Below are positions 7,529 through 15,449 of a stretch of DNA of 34,875 nucleotides, piece by piece. The stretch is taken from IMG/VR virus record IMGVR_UViG_3300049182_000103, positions 1 to 34,875 of that record. One strand, given 5' to 3'. The stretch is from a virus. Taxonomy: Duplodnaviria; Caudoviricetes. Position numbers and translations under genes: made by a program. Within the stretch, counting starts at the first letter, position 1. Each line of letters opens with the position of its first letter. The notes under the pieces are model-generated. The model made no database searches, was not told the origin of the DNA, and saw only the letters and a list, made by a program, of their open reading frames with translations.

Positions 7529-7993
7529 ATGACAACTCAATCCATCCTCGGCCCCCACGGCACCCCCATGGTCGAGCTCGGCGGCGAGCGCGCCTGGCTC
7601 CAGCGCATCAAGGGCGACATCGTCTGTTCCTTCCAGTGGCTGGACATCGGCCTGGAGGAGCCGCACCCGTGCATGGCGCTGTTCCCGGCCATGCGGCGCA
7701 TGGACACCGCGGCCTACGTGATCCCGCAGCGCAACGCCTGGGCCTACGCCACGCGCGATGGCAACGCCACGCCAGAGCACTTGGGCGTGGCCTTCAAGGC
7801 GGCGCTGCACATGGGATTCCACCCTGACCAGTCCACGGTCCACCGGATCATGGACATCATCGTCGAGGGCATTCCCGACTTGGTTCGGATGCCCAGCGAC
7901 CAGCCGGCCAGCCTGCACGTAGCGCGCGTGCTCATGGGCATCGAGGCTTCGGCCAAGGTCAACGGCAAGGTCGTCAAAGAAGAGGTCTTGTGA
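7529..7993 (+). CDS. Conserved hypothetical phage protein between terL and portal
   Basis: AAAGGA RBS before ATG 7529; overlaps the portal start. Confidence 0.75.
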   Translation: MTTQSILGPHGTPMVELGGERAWLQRIKGDIVCSFQWLDIGLEEPHPCMALFPAMRRMDTAAYVIPQRNAWAYATRDGNATPEHLGVAFKAALHMGFHPDQSTVHRIMDIIVEGIPDLVRMPSDQPASLHVARVLMGIEASAKVNGKVVKEEVL

Positions 7994-10254
7994 TGTTCGG
8001 CATTGAGCAGCGCGAGACCAAGAGCCAGCGCGATCCGCAGACGGATGGCACCACGCCATTCGTGGACGAGCAGAACGCCAGGAGCGACCCCGAAGGGGAG
8101 CAGAAGCGCCGGCACGCCGTGCTGATGGAGTGCCTGCACGACGAGCGCGACCGCCAGGCCGAGGAACGGCTGCAGGCCGCCATCGACGAGGACGTGTACG
8201 ACCACCTGCACTGGCGGCGCGAGGACGCCGCTGTGCTCATGGACCGCGGCCAGGCGCCGCTCGTCTACCCCGAGTCACGCCAGACGATCGACTGGATCAG
8301 CGGCATGCAGAAGCGCATGCGCAAGGACTACAAGATCCTGCCGCGCGAGCGTGGCGACGAGCAGGGCGCCGAGGTCAAGAGCCAGGTGGTCAAGTACACC
8401 GACGACGTCAATCTGACCCAGTGGCATCGCTCGCGGGCCTTCAAGCAGGCGGCGTTGTCCGGGCTCGGCTGGCTGGAGGAGGGCATCAACCTCGAGCCGG
8501 GCGAGGAGATCATCTATTCCGGCTCCGAGGACTGGCGCAACGTCTACCGCGACTCGCGCGCCAAGCAGTTCGACCTGAAGGACGGCCGCTACCTGTTCAG
8601 GCGCAAGGTCACCGACCTGGACTACGCCATGGCGCTGCTGCCGAAGGCGAAGGACCACCTGCGCAACATCGCCAGCACCGACGAAGTCATCGACGATGAT
8701 GACGTGTGGTTCCTGGGCGAGCGGCTGACCAACGCCTCGGACCTGGACCACATGGATGGGCTGCCCGCGCGCTGGCGCGATCGCAGGGCCTTCATCGGCA
8801 ACGACTACACCGACAAGGGCAGGCGGTCATCGGTCGAACTGCTGGAGTGCTGGTACCGCGTTCCCGAGCGCGTGCAGGCCTTCAACGATGGCCCGCTGGC
8901 GGGGAAGATTTTCAACCCAGCCGACCCGGCGCACCTGCAGATCCAGCAGGACCGCTGGAGCATGTACGACGCGGTCAAGCTGCGCATGCGCGTGATGATC
9001 GCCACCAAGGACCAGCCGCTGTGGGATGGCGCGAGCCCGTTCCGGCACGGCCAGTTCCTGCTCATCCCCATCTGGGGATACCGGCGCTACCGCGACGGCC
9101 TGTGCTACGGCGTGATGCGCGGCATGCGGGACCTGCAGGAGGACACCAACAAGCGCGCATCCAAGGCCCAGTGGCTGCTGGCGAACAACCGCATGGTCAT
9201 GGACAGCGGCGCCGTCGACGACATCGAGGAGGCGCGCGACGAGGCGGCCCGCCCGGATGGCGTCATCGTCAAGAAGATCGGCAAGGAACTGCGCTTCGAG
9301 AAGCCCGTGGGCGAGATCCAGGGCAACCTTGAGATGATGGACCGCAACATCGCGGCCATGCGCAACGCCGGCGGCGTGACGAACGAGAACCTGGGCCGCG
9401 ACACCAACTCCAAGAGCGGCGTGGCCATCGAGCGCAAGCAGGACCAGGGCTCGCTCACCACCTCGGAACTGTTCGACAACCTGCGCCTGGCGGTGCTCAT
9501 CGCGGGCAAGCTGCGGCTGTCCCACATCGAGCAGTTCTGGACCCAGCAGAAGGCCATCCGCATCACCGGCGAGGCCCAGCCGATCGAGTGGCTGGAAGTG
9601 AACAAGACCGACCCGGACAGCGGCGAGGTCATGAACGACCTGACGGCGCGCGAGGCTGACTTCTACGTGGGCGAGCAGGACTACCGCGAGAGCTACATCC
9701 GAGCTGCGATGGAGCAGACGTTCCAGCTGCTCGGCCAGATCGCGACGTTTGCGCCGCAGGTGGTGCTGGCCGTGCTGGACTTGGCCGTCGACAGCGCGGA
9801 ACTGCCGAACAAGGACGAGTGGGTTTCTCGCATCCGCAAGCTCAACGGCCAACGCGACCCGACCAAGGCGCCGACACCTGAGGAAGAAGCCCAGGCGCAG
9901 ATCGACGGGGAGAAGAAGGCGCTCCAGGAGCAACTGGCCGTCGAGATGGCGCAGGCGCAGCTGGCCAAGGAGCAGGCCAATGCGGCGAAGCTCGACGTGG
10001 AGGCCATGGCCAAGCGGGTGGACGTGCTGATGCAGGCGCTGACCGCTGCGCAACTCGCTGCGACCAACCCCGCGCTGGCGCCGGTGGCCGACGAGATGGC
10101 CGCGGCCGCAGGCTTCAAGCCGCAGGGCGGCACGGATCCGAACATCCCGCAGCCGACCGCTGCGCCGACGCCGATGGATTCCGCCGCACCGATCGACCCA
10201 ACACAACAACCTGCCGGGCCCGAAGCCGGCATCCCACCACAGGAGTTTCAATGA
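7990..10254 (+). CDS. Portal protein (P22 gp1-like)
   Basis: 754 aa after terL; RGQAPLV, YGVMRGMRDLQED.NKR.SK, GVTNENLG...SGVAI..KQ.QG motifs; C-terminal coiled-coil barrel. Confidence 0.9.
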   Translation: MMFGIEQRETKSQRDPQTDGTTPFVDEQNARSDPEGEQKRRHAVLMECLHDERDRQAEERLQAAIDEDVYDHLHWRREDAAVLMDRGQAPLVYPESRQTIDWISGMQKRMRKDYKILPRERGDEQGAEVKSQVVKYTDDVNLTQWHRSRAFKQAALSGLGWLEEGINLEPGEEIIYSGSEDWRNVYRDSRAKQFDLKDGRYLFRRKVTDLDYAMALLPKAKDHLRNIASTDEVIDDDDVWFLGERLTNASDLDHMDGLPARWRDRRAFIGNDYTDKGRRSSVELLECWYRVPERVQAFNDGPLAGKIFNPADPAHLQIQQDRWSMYDAVKLRMRVMIATKDQPLWDGASPFRHGQFLLIPIWGYRRYRDGLCYGVMRGMRDLQEDTNKRASKAQWLLANNRMVMDSGAVDDIEEARDEAARPDGVIVKKIGKELRFEKPVGEIQGNLEMMDRNIAAMRNAGGVTNENLGRDTNSKSGVAIERKQDQGSLTTSELFDNLRLAVLIAGKLRLSHIEQFWTQQKAIRITGEAQPIEWLEVNKTDPDSGEVMNDLTAREADFYVGEQDYRESYIRAAMEQTFQLLGQIATFAPQVVLAVLDLAVDSAELPNKDEWVSRIRKLNGQRDPTKAPTPEEEAQAQIDGEKKALQEQLAVEMAQAQLAKEQANAAKLDVEAMAKRVDVLMQALTAAQLAATNPALAPVADEMAAAAGFKPQGGTDPNIPQPTAAPTPMDSAAPIDPTQQPAGPEAGIPPQEFQ

Positions 10255-11288
10255 GCACTGACCACCAAGGACTGAGCCAGGCCGAAATCGACGCGCTGGA
10301 AGGCGACGAACTCGACGAGACCGGTATCCCGAAGGAAGACGACGCAGACCGCGCCGAGGCGGCGCGCGCGAAAGGCGAGCCGGGCGCGGACGACGGTGAC
10401 GAGGGCGAGGAAGGGGCCGAGGCGGACGACGACAAGCCCGCAGCCGAACCGCCCGCCGCGGCGCCCGCTGCTCCTGCGCCGGCTCCGGTCGAAGCGCCTG
10501 CGCCGGCACCGGAAGCGGCCGCCGCTCCTGTCGAGCCGCCGGCCGAGCCGCCCGCGGCCGCAGAGGAAGCGCCCGAACTGCCGCGCGAGGTCGACATCCC
10601 TGATCCCATCCTCGTGCAGGTGCAGGACCCGAAGAAACTCGCCGATGCTCGCGAGGCCGCCGAAGCCAAGATCGACGACATCGAGAAGAAGTGGTCGGCC
10701 AACGAACTCACCGACGACGAGCGCAACGCGCAGATGAAGGCCGCGCGGCGCGAGCTCACCGCGGCAGTGTCGGCCGAGGCGGCCAACCAGGCCCGCATCG
10801 AGACCAACGCTGCGAACGCAGAGCAACAGCAGCGCCGCGTGATCGACGGCATCGTCAAGATCGCCAAGACGGAAGGCAGCATCGACTACGCGAAGGACGC
10901 CAAGGCCGAGGGCCAGTTCAACCGCGCGCTCCAGGTGCTCTACGCCGACCCGGACAGCAAGGGCAAGTCGTTCGCCGCGCTCAGTCTCGAGGCGCATCGC
11001 ATGGTGTGCGCGATGCGTGGCGTGACGCCGAAGGTGGCCCCTGCACCCGCTCCTGTTGCAGCGCCGACACCACCGAAGCCGGCAGCAGCGCCTGCGCCTG
11101 CAAAAGCAGCGCGCACTCCGGTTGACAAGTCACTAATCCCCCCTACGCTTTCGCGTGTGCCTCCTGCGGCTGACGCGACGATCAGCGGTGACGAGTTCTC
11201 CCACCTCGCCAATCTCGATGGCGCTGAGTTGGAGAAGGCGGTCACCAAGATGACGGCGGAGCAGCAGGAGCGGTGGCTCAATTCATGA
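10251..11288 (+). CDS. Capsid scaffolding protein (putative)
   Basis: Lies between portal and capsid; acidic Pro/Ala-rich N-terminus, coiled coil, C-terminal PPTLSRVP...LEKAVTKMT..QQERWL coat-binding-like helix. Confidence 0.75.
   Translation: MSTDHQGLSQAEIDALEGDELDETGIPKEDDADRAEAARAKGEPGADDGDEGEEGAEADDDKPAAEPPAAAPAAPAPAPVEAPAPAPEAAAAPVEPPAEPPAAAEEAPELPREVDIPDPILVQVQDPKKLADAREAAEAKIDDIEKKWSANELTDDERNAQMKAARRELTAAVSAEAANQARIETNAANAEQQQRRVIDGIVKIAKTEGSIDYAKDAKAEGQFNRALQVLYADPDSKGKSFAALSLEAHRMVCAMRGVTPKVAPAPAPVAAPTPPKPAAAPAPAKAARTPVDKSLIPPTLSRVPPAADATISGDEFSHLANLDGAELEKAVTKMTAEQQERWLNS
11117..11149 (+). promoter_or_regulatory. Phage promoter family copy 3 (TCCGG-TTGACA-N16-TACGCT), internal to the scaffold gene
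   Basis: Consensus TTGACA; coincides with a patch of rare AT-rich codons (TCA CTA, CCT) in an otherwise GC3-rich gene; positioned to drive the CsrA-like gene and capsid. Confidence 0.7.
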
Positions 11289-11467
11289 GCAAGCAGTACG
11301 TGTTGCTGGTTGACGTGAAGAAGGGCGAGACCCTGGACATCGGTGGCGTCATCGTTGTCCGGGTCGAAGAGAAGTCAGGCCAGCGAGCTCGGTTGCGCTT
11401 CACGTTCAAGGAGCCAACCGAGGTGAAGAAGATCCAGACGCCGGCGGCGCAACCCGCGCCGGCGTGA
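11285..11467 (+). CDS. CsrA/RsmA-like small beta protein
   Basis: 60 aa; LLVDVKKGETLDIGGVIVVRVEEKSGQRARLRF..KEPTEV parallels CsrA [39 protein letters not shown]; ATGA overlap with the scaffold gene. Confidence 0.65.
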   Translation: MSKQYVLLVDVKKGETLDIGGVIVVRVEEKSGQRARLRFTFKEPTEVKKIQTPAAQPAPA

Positions 11468-11554
11468 TAGGAAGGGCAGGCGAGAGCCCGGTTGTCTCGT
11501 CGTAAGGCCGCGCAGTAGTGCAGCCCATCAACCAACGTTGAAGGAGCTGCGCGT

Positions 11555-12679
11555 ATGCGTACCGTGATCGGGGTCAATGACCCCCAGGCAGTCAAGAAGT
11601 GGTCCACCGCCTTGGGCGTGGCCGTGAACAAGTCGAGCTACTTCGCTCGCAAGATGATGGGCATGGGCAAGGACAGCCGCCTGCCCATCCAGCGCATGGA
11701 CGAACTCGAGTCCGACGCTGGCGACGAGGTCACCTATGACCTGCTGATGCCGATGAACATGGAGCCCGTCGTCGGCGACGAGACCCTGGACGGCAAAGAG
11801 CAGCCGCTCAAGTACTACACCGACAAGATGCGCATCGACCAGGTGCGCGGCGGTGCGGACCTCGGCTCGCGCATGACACGCAAGCGCACGCTGCGCAACA
11901 TCCGCACGGATGCCAAGCGCGTGATGAGCGACTGGTGGAAGCGGCTCTACGACGAACTGTTCTTCATCTACCTGTCGGGCTCGCGCGGGACGCAGACCGG
12001 CTACATCTGGCCGGCCGGCTCGGCGTTCTTCAACGTCAACGCGCTGGCCGCGCCGGACTCGGCGCACATCATGTACGGCGGCAACGCGACGTCGAAGGCT
12101 TCGATCGCCTCGGACGACCCGTTCGACCTGCGCCTGATCGATAAGGCCGTGGCCAAGGCCGAGACGATGGGCGGTGACGGCAGCGACGAGATTTCGATGC
12201 TGCCCTGCGAGATCGACGGCGACGAGCGCTACGTGTGCCTGATGCACACGTTCCAGTACGACGCGATGAAGTCGAACACGAACACCGGCCAGTGGCTCGA
12301 CATCCAGAAGGCGGCCGCGGCTGCCGAAGGCACGAAGGCGCCGCTGTACAAGAACAACGGCGGCGTCTACGCCGACGTGGTGCTGCACAAGCATCGCAAC
12401 GTCGTGGGCTTCAGCGACTACGGCGCGGGCACCAACCTGCCGGCACGCCGCGCACTGTTCCTCGGCGCCCAGGCCGCGGCGATCGCCTTCGGCTCGCCGG
12501 GCACGGGTCTGCGCTTCGACTGGACCGAAGAGGTCAAGGACCACGGCAACGCCGTAAAGATCGGCTCGAACTCCATCTTCGGTGTGAAGAAGGTTCGCTA
12601 CAAGTCCAAGGACGGCAGCGTCGAGCGCGACTTTGGCGTGTTCGCCATGGACACCTACGCAGTCGATCCGAACGCCTGA
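11555..12679 (+). CDS. Major capsid protein (N4-gp56/DUF4043 family)
   Basis: AAGGAG RBS; VKKWS, PIQR..ELESDAGDEVTYDL, GDETLDGKE..L, IDQVR, RALFLGAQA, DFGVFAMDT motifs. Confidence 0.9.
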   Translation: MRTVIGVNDPQAVKKWSTALGVAVNKSSYFARKMMGMGKDSRLPIQRMDELESDAGDEVTYDLLMPMNMEPVVGDETLDGKEQPLKYYTDKMRIDQVRGGADLGSRMTRKRTLRNIRTDAKRVMSDWWKRLYDELFFIYLSGSRGTQTGYIWPAGSAFFNVNALAAPDSAHIMYGGNATSKASIASDDPFDLRLIDKAVAKAETMGGDGSDEISMLPCEIDGDERYVCLMHTFQYDAMKSNTNTGQWLDIQKAAAAAEGTKAPLYKNNGGVYADVVLHKHRNVVGFSDYGAGTNLPARRALFLGAQAAAIAFGSPGTGLRFDWTEEVKDHGNAVKIGSNSIFGVKKVRYKSKDGSVERDFGVFAMDTYAVDPNA

Positions 12680-12684
12680 TGAGT

Positions 12685-12706
12685 GAGGCCCCTTCGGGGG
12701 CCTTCT
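12685..12706 (+). terminator. UUCG-tetraloop hairpin after the capsid gene (weak terminator or mRNA stabiliser)
   Basis: GAGGCCCC-TTCG-GGGGCCTT followed by CTC; an alternative pairing GTGAGGC 12683-89/GCCTCAC 12712-18 is possible. Confidence 0.55.
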
Positions 12707-12734
12707 CGCGAGCCTCACCTGAAAGGAATTCATC

Positions 12735-13178
12735 GTGGCTGTTACCACCACCAAGGCATACACGGGCGTGCGCCCGGTTCCGCAACCCGACGACGCTGGC
12801 GTTCGCGTCGTGGCCGTCGACGTCGAGTTCGCTTCGGCCGCCTACTCGGCGAACGACCTGATTCGCCTGTGCAAGCTGCCCATCGGCGTCAAGTGCCTGG
12901 ACTGGGCGCTCGTCTTCCCGGACATCGACACCGGCACGCCGGCGCTCGCCTGGTCGCTCGGCATTGAGAACGCCGGCGGAACCGACCTAGACACGGAAGT
13001 GTGGGGCACTGGCCTGACGGCCGGCCAATCCACCTCGGTCGTGCGCAACAGCACCTCCGTGGCCGCGCAAGGCGTGACCACGACCGAGCGGACGCTGGAC
13101 CTCAAGTGCACGACCGCAGCGGCGACCTACGCCGGCTCGGGCAAGACCGGCCAGGTCCTGCTCTGGCTGCAGGGCTAA
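12735..13178 (+). CDS. Virion protein, probable capsid decoration or minor head protein
   Basis: AAAGGA RBS and GTG start; directly after the capsid gene; small beta-rich Ala/Thr/Gly protein (ANDLIRLCKLP). Confidence 0.65.
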   Translation: MAVTTTKAYTGVRPVPQPDDAGVRVVAVDVEFASAAYSANDLIRLCKLPIGVKCLDWALVFPDIDTGTPALAWSLGIENAGGTDLDTEVWGTGLTAGQSTSVVRNSTSVAAQGVTTTERTLDLKCTTAAATYAGSGKTGQVLLWLQG

Positions 13179-13192
13179 TTCTCCGTGGTCTT

Positions 13193-13218
13193 GGGGCAGC
13201 TGGTGCTGCCCCCTTTTT
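13193..13218 (+). terminator. Intrinsic terminator
   Basis: GGGGCAGC-TGGT-GCTGCCCC followed by CTTTTT. Confidence 0.75.
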
Positions 13219-13231
13219 GAAGGAGGGGCGG

Positions 13232-13630
13232 ATGCCCATCGTTCACGCCTACCGGCGCACCGTGCGCGCGCACATCAAGGCCTCGCACGTGGCCGACCTG
13301 GCCGCGCATGGCAAGGTCGAGTTCAAGCCCAACGACAAGGGCGAGTTCGTGGCCGAAGTTCCTGCCGGGCCCGCGCTCAATCGGCTGCTCGCCATCAGCG
13401 AGGCCTACCGCATCCATGGCGCGCCGGTGGTGGCCGAGGACGACGAAGAGGACGAAGGCGACGCCTCCCCCTACGTCATCACCGACGGCGACAAGACCGT
13501 GGACCTGCGCACGCTCGACAAGGTCGCGCTCCTGCAGTTCGCGGCGGAGAACGACATCGCCATCCACCCGAACGCGAAGGACGAGACGATCCGCGACCGC
13601 CTCGTCAAAGCGCTGACGAAGGGCGAGTGA
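13232..13630 (+). CDS. Hypothetical virion-associated protein with a C-terminal Rho-N/HeH-like helical domain
   Basis: AAGGAGG RBS before ATG 13232; DLRTLDKVALLQFAAENDIAI...KDETIRDRL. Confidence 0.7.
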   Translation: MPIVHAYRRTVRAHIKASHVADLAAHGKVEFKPNDKGEFVAEVPAGPALNRLLAISEAYRIHGAPVVAEDDEEDEGDASPYVITDGDKTVDLRTLDKVALLQFAAENDIAIHPNAKDETIRDRLVKALTKGE

Positions 13631-13634
13631 CGCC

Positions 13635-14423
13635 ATGGCGGCGACCGTGCTGGTCAAGGATGTGCTGTACCGCTTCGGCGGGTTGATCCACGACCTGTCG
13701 CCCCAGTTCATTCGCGTGCCGCAAGTCGAGGCCATCAACTGGCTGAATGACGCGCAGGTCGCAATCACGATGTTCCTGCCGTCGGCGTGCTCGCGCATCG
13801 ACGCGGTGAAGCTCAAGGCCGGCACGCGACAGAGCATCGAGACCATCGCGGCGGCTGATTGCAAGCCAGGCGATGGTTCCACGCCAAACACGTCGATCAT
13901 CGGCGTTCAGTTCCTCGAGTCGTTCCGCAACATGGGCACTGACGGGCTGACGCCGGGCCGCGTGGCGCGCGTCGTGCCGCGCGAGGACCTGGATGCGTTC
14001 TCGGCCGGCTGGCACACCGCGACGAATACGTACAACCGCGTCGACGCGGTCATGTACGACCCGCGTTTCCCGCGCTACTTCCACGTCTACCCGCCGATCC
14101 CGGCCACCCCGGCCGTGTGGCTGGAGTTCGGCTACACCGCGCAGCCGCTGAAGGTGCCCAACGTCGGGAACGAGGACTACAGCGCCGGCGGCTCGAGCAC
14201 CGAGGTCATCAAGATCGCGGACCAGTACCTCGAGATGATCGTCGACTACATGGTGGCGCGAGCCCACATGAAGGAGACGAGTTGGCGCGACGAGGGCAAG
14301 GCCGTGGCCTTCACCTCCAAGTTCGTCGGTGGGCTGAACGCCATCGTCACGTCACTGACGGGGACCAACCCGAACCTTCAGCGCCTGCCATTCGCGCCGG
14401 AGCCGCTGGGGCAGGCGCGGTAA
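13635..14423 (+). CDS. Head-tail adaptor protein (putative)
   Basis: Position; INWLNDAQ..I, L.AGTRQ, YDPR.PRYFHVYPP, IVDYMVARA motifs typical of podovirus adaptors. Confidence 0.7.
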   Translation: MAATVLVKDVLYRFGGLIHDLSPQFIRVPQVEAINWLNDAQVAITMFLPSACSRIDAVKLKAGTRQSIETIAAADCKPGDGSTPNTSIIGVQFLESFRNMGTDGLTPGRVARVVPREDLDAFSAGWHTATNTYNRVDAVMYDPRFPRYFHVYPPIPATPAVWLEFGYTAQPLKVPNVGNEDYSAGGSSTEVIKIADQYLEMIVDYMVARAHMKETSWRDEGKAVAFTSKFVGGLNAIVTSLTGTNPNLQRLPFAPEPLGQAR

Positions 14424-14432
14424 GGGGCGGCC

Positions 14433-15041
14433 ATGGAATGGGCCGACCTTCTGCCGAGCGTGCTCCCCTCAACGCCCGGGTGCTCGGACATCCTGGCGAT
14501 CGACCACATCCGCAAGGCGGCGCGTGAGTTCTGCGCGCGCACGCTGTGCTGGCAGTACCAGGCCAACGCGATCACCGCGCAGGCCGGCGTCGCAACCTAC
14601 ACGCTGCAGATGGGTGACGGGCAGGAGCTGGTCAAGCTGCTGGCCTGCGAGGTCAACGGCACCGAGTACCACGTGCCCAACGGCGCGGCGGGCCGGCGCC
14701 TGGCGCGCCAGGGCGTGAGCAACCTCTGCACGCTGGCTTCCGGCGGCCAGGACTTCACGCTGTCGCCGACGCCGAGCGCGGGGGCCTCGATCGTCACCGA
14801 CATCGCGGTCAAGCCGTCGCTGACCTCGGCGACCTGGCTCGACGACTTCGCCGCGCACACTGAGGCCGTCGCCGCCGGTGCCATCGCCTCGCTGTGCGCA
14901 TTGCCCAAGAAGCCTTGGACGGACCACGGCTTGGCCGCGCTGCAGCGCGAGATGTTCGAGAACCGCATCGGCACCGAGCAGTACCGGGTGTTCAAGGGCA
15001 TGGGTCGATCGCATTCGACCGCTTCCGTGGAGTGGTGCTGA
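14433..15041 (+). CDS. Second adaptor/tail tubular protein (putative)
   Basis: PGCSD....HIRKAAREFC.RT..W, AVKPS, VAAGAI..L..P.KPWT pattern; position in the head-tail module. Confidence 0.65.
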   Translation: MEWADLLPSVLPSTPGCSDILAIDHIRKAAREFCARTLCWQYQANAITAQAGVATYTLQMGDGQELVKLLACEVNGTEYHVPNGAAGRRLARQGVSNLCTLASGGQDFTLSPTPSAGASIVTDIAVKPSLTSATWLDDFAAHTEAVAAGAIASLCALPKKPWTDHGLAALQREMFENRIGTEQYRVFKGMGRSHSTASVEWC

Positions 15042-15448
15042 TGGCCGACGTGATCGTCAAGCGCCCGACGGACATCGTGACGGTGCGGTTCGACTTCCGC
15101 GAGTTCGTCACGCGCGTGGTCGCCGAGGGCGTTCCAGTCGAGGACGTGAGCTACACGCTTCGCGCACAGGCCGGCGTGACGATCTCGGCCAGCCTCGTGG
15201 ACAACGCCGGGCTGCTCGACGTCGTCGTGAGCGGCGGCGCCATCGGCGTGGTCTATGACTACGGCATCGAGGCCAAGACTCCTGAGGGTGACTCTTCGGT
15301 CGACGTGCGCAAGGTCCGCGTGCGCGACCCGAGCCTGTTCCCTGTGCTGCCGACGACGGGCGAGACCGTCCTGGGCACCTTCCATCTGGTCACCGAAACG
15401 GGCGACGACCTCGTCACCGACACGGGCGACTTCCTCATCTGGGGCTGA
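15041..15448 (+). CDS. Fibre-tail adaptor-like protein
   Basis: TGATG overlap; KRPTD...FDF, VVSGG..G..Y Ig-like pattern, C-terminal LVTETGDDLVTDTGDFL motif directly before the fibre gene. Confidence 0.6.
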   Translation: MADVIVKRPTDIVTVRFDFREFVTRVVAEGVPVEDVSYTLRAQAGVTISASLVDNAGLLDVVVSGGAIGVVYDYGIEAKTPEGDSSVDVRKVRVRDPSLFPVLPTTGETVLGTFHLVTETGDDLVTDTGDFLIWG

Positions 15449-15449
15449 C

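Noticed and set aside
10430-10570. Pro/Ala low-complexity repeats in the scaffold gene (also near 11030-11110)
   Set aside because: Ordinary flexible-linker coding sequence, not a DNA repeat array or CRISPR.
11486-11520. Possible sixth promoter copy (CCCGG-TTGTCT) before the capsid gene; also TCCGGTGG at 3861
   Set aside because: The first has C instead of the leading T and a poor hexamer at the 16-nt spacing; the second is mid-gene with a GC-rich sequence at the -10 position.
12676-12735. Hammerhead-ribozyme-like CTGATGA-stem-GAAA after the capsid gene
   Set aside because: Two extra bases (CT) separate stem II from GAAA, and no stem III or stem I pairing with a UH site can be formed. CTGATGA is the tandem stop codons and GAAAGGA is the next RBS.
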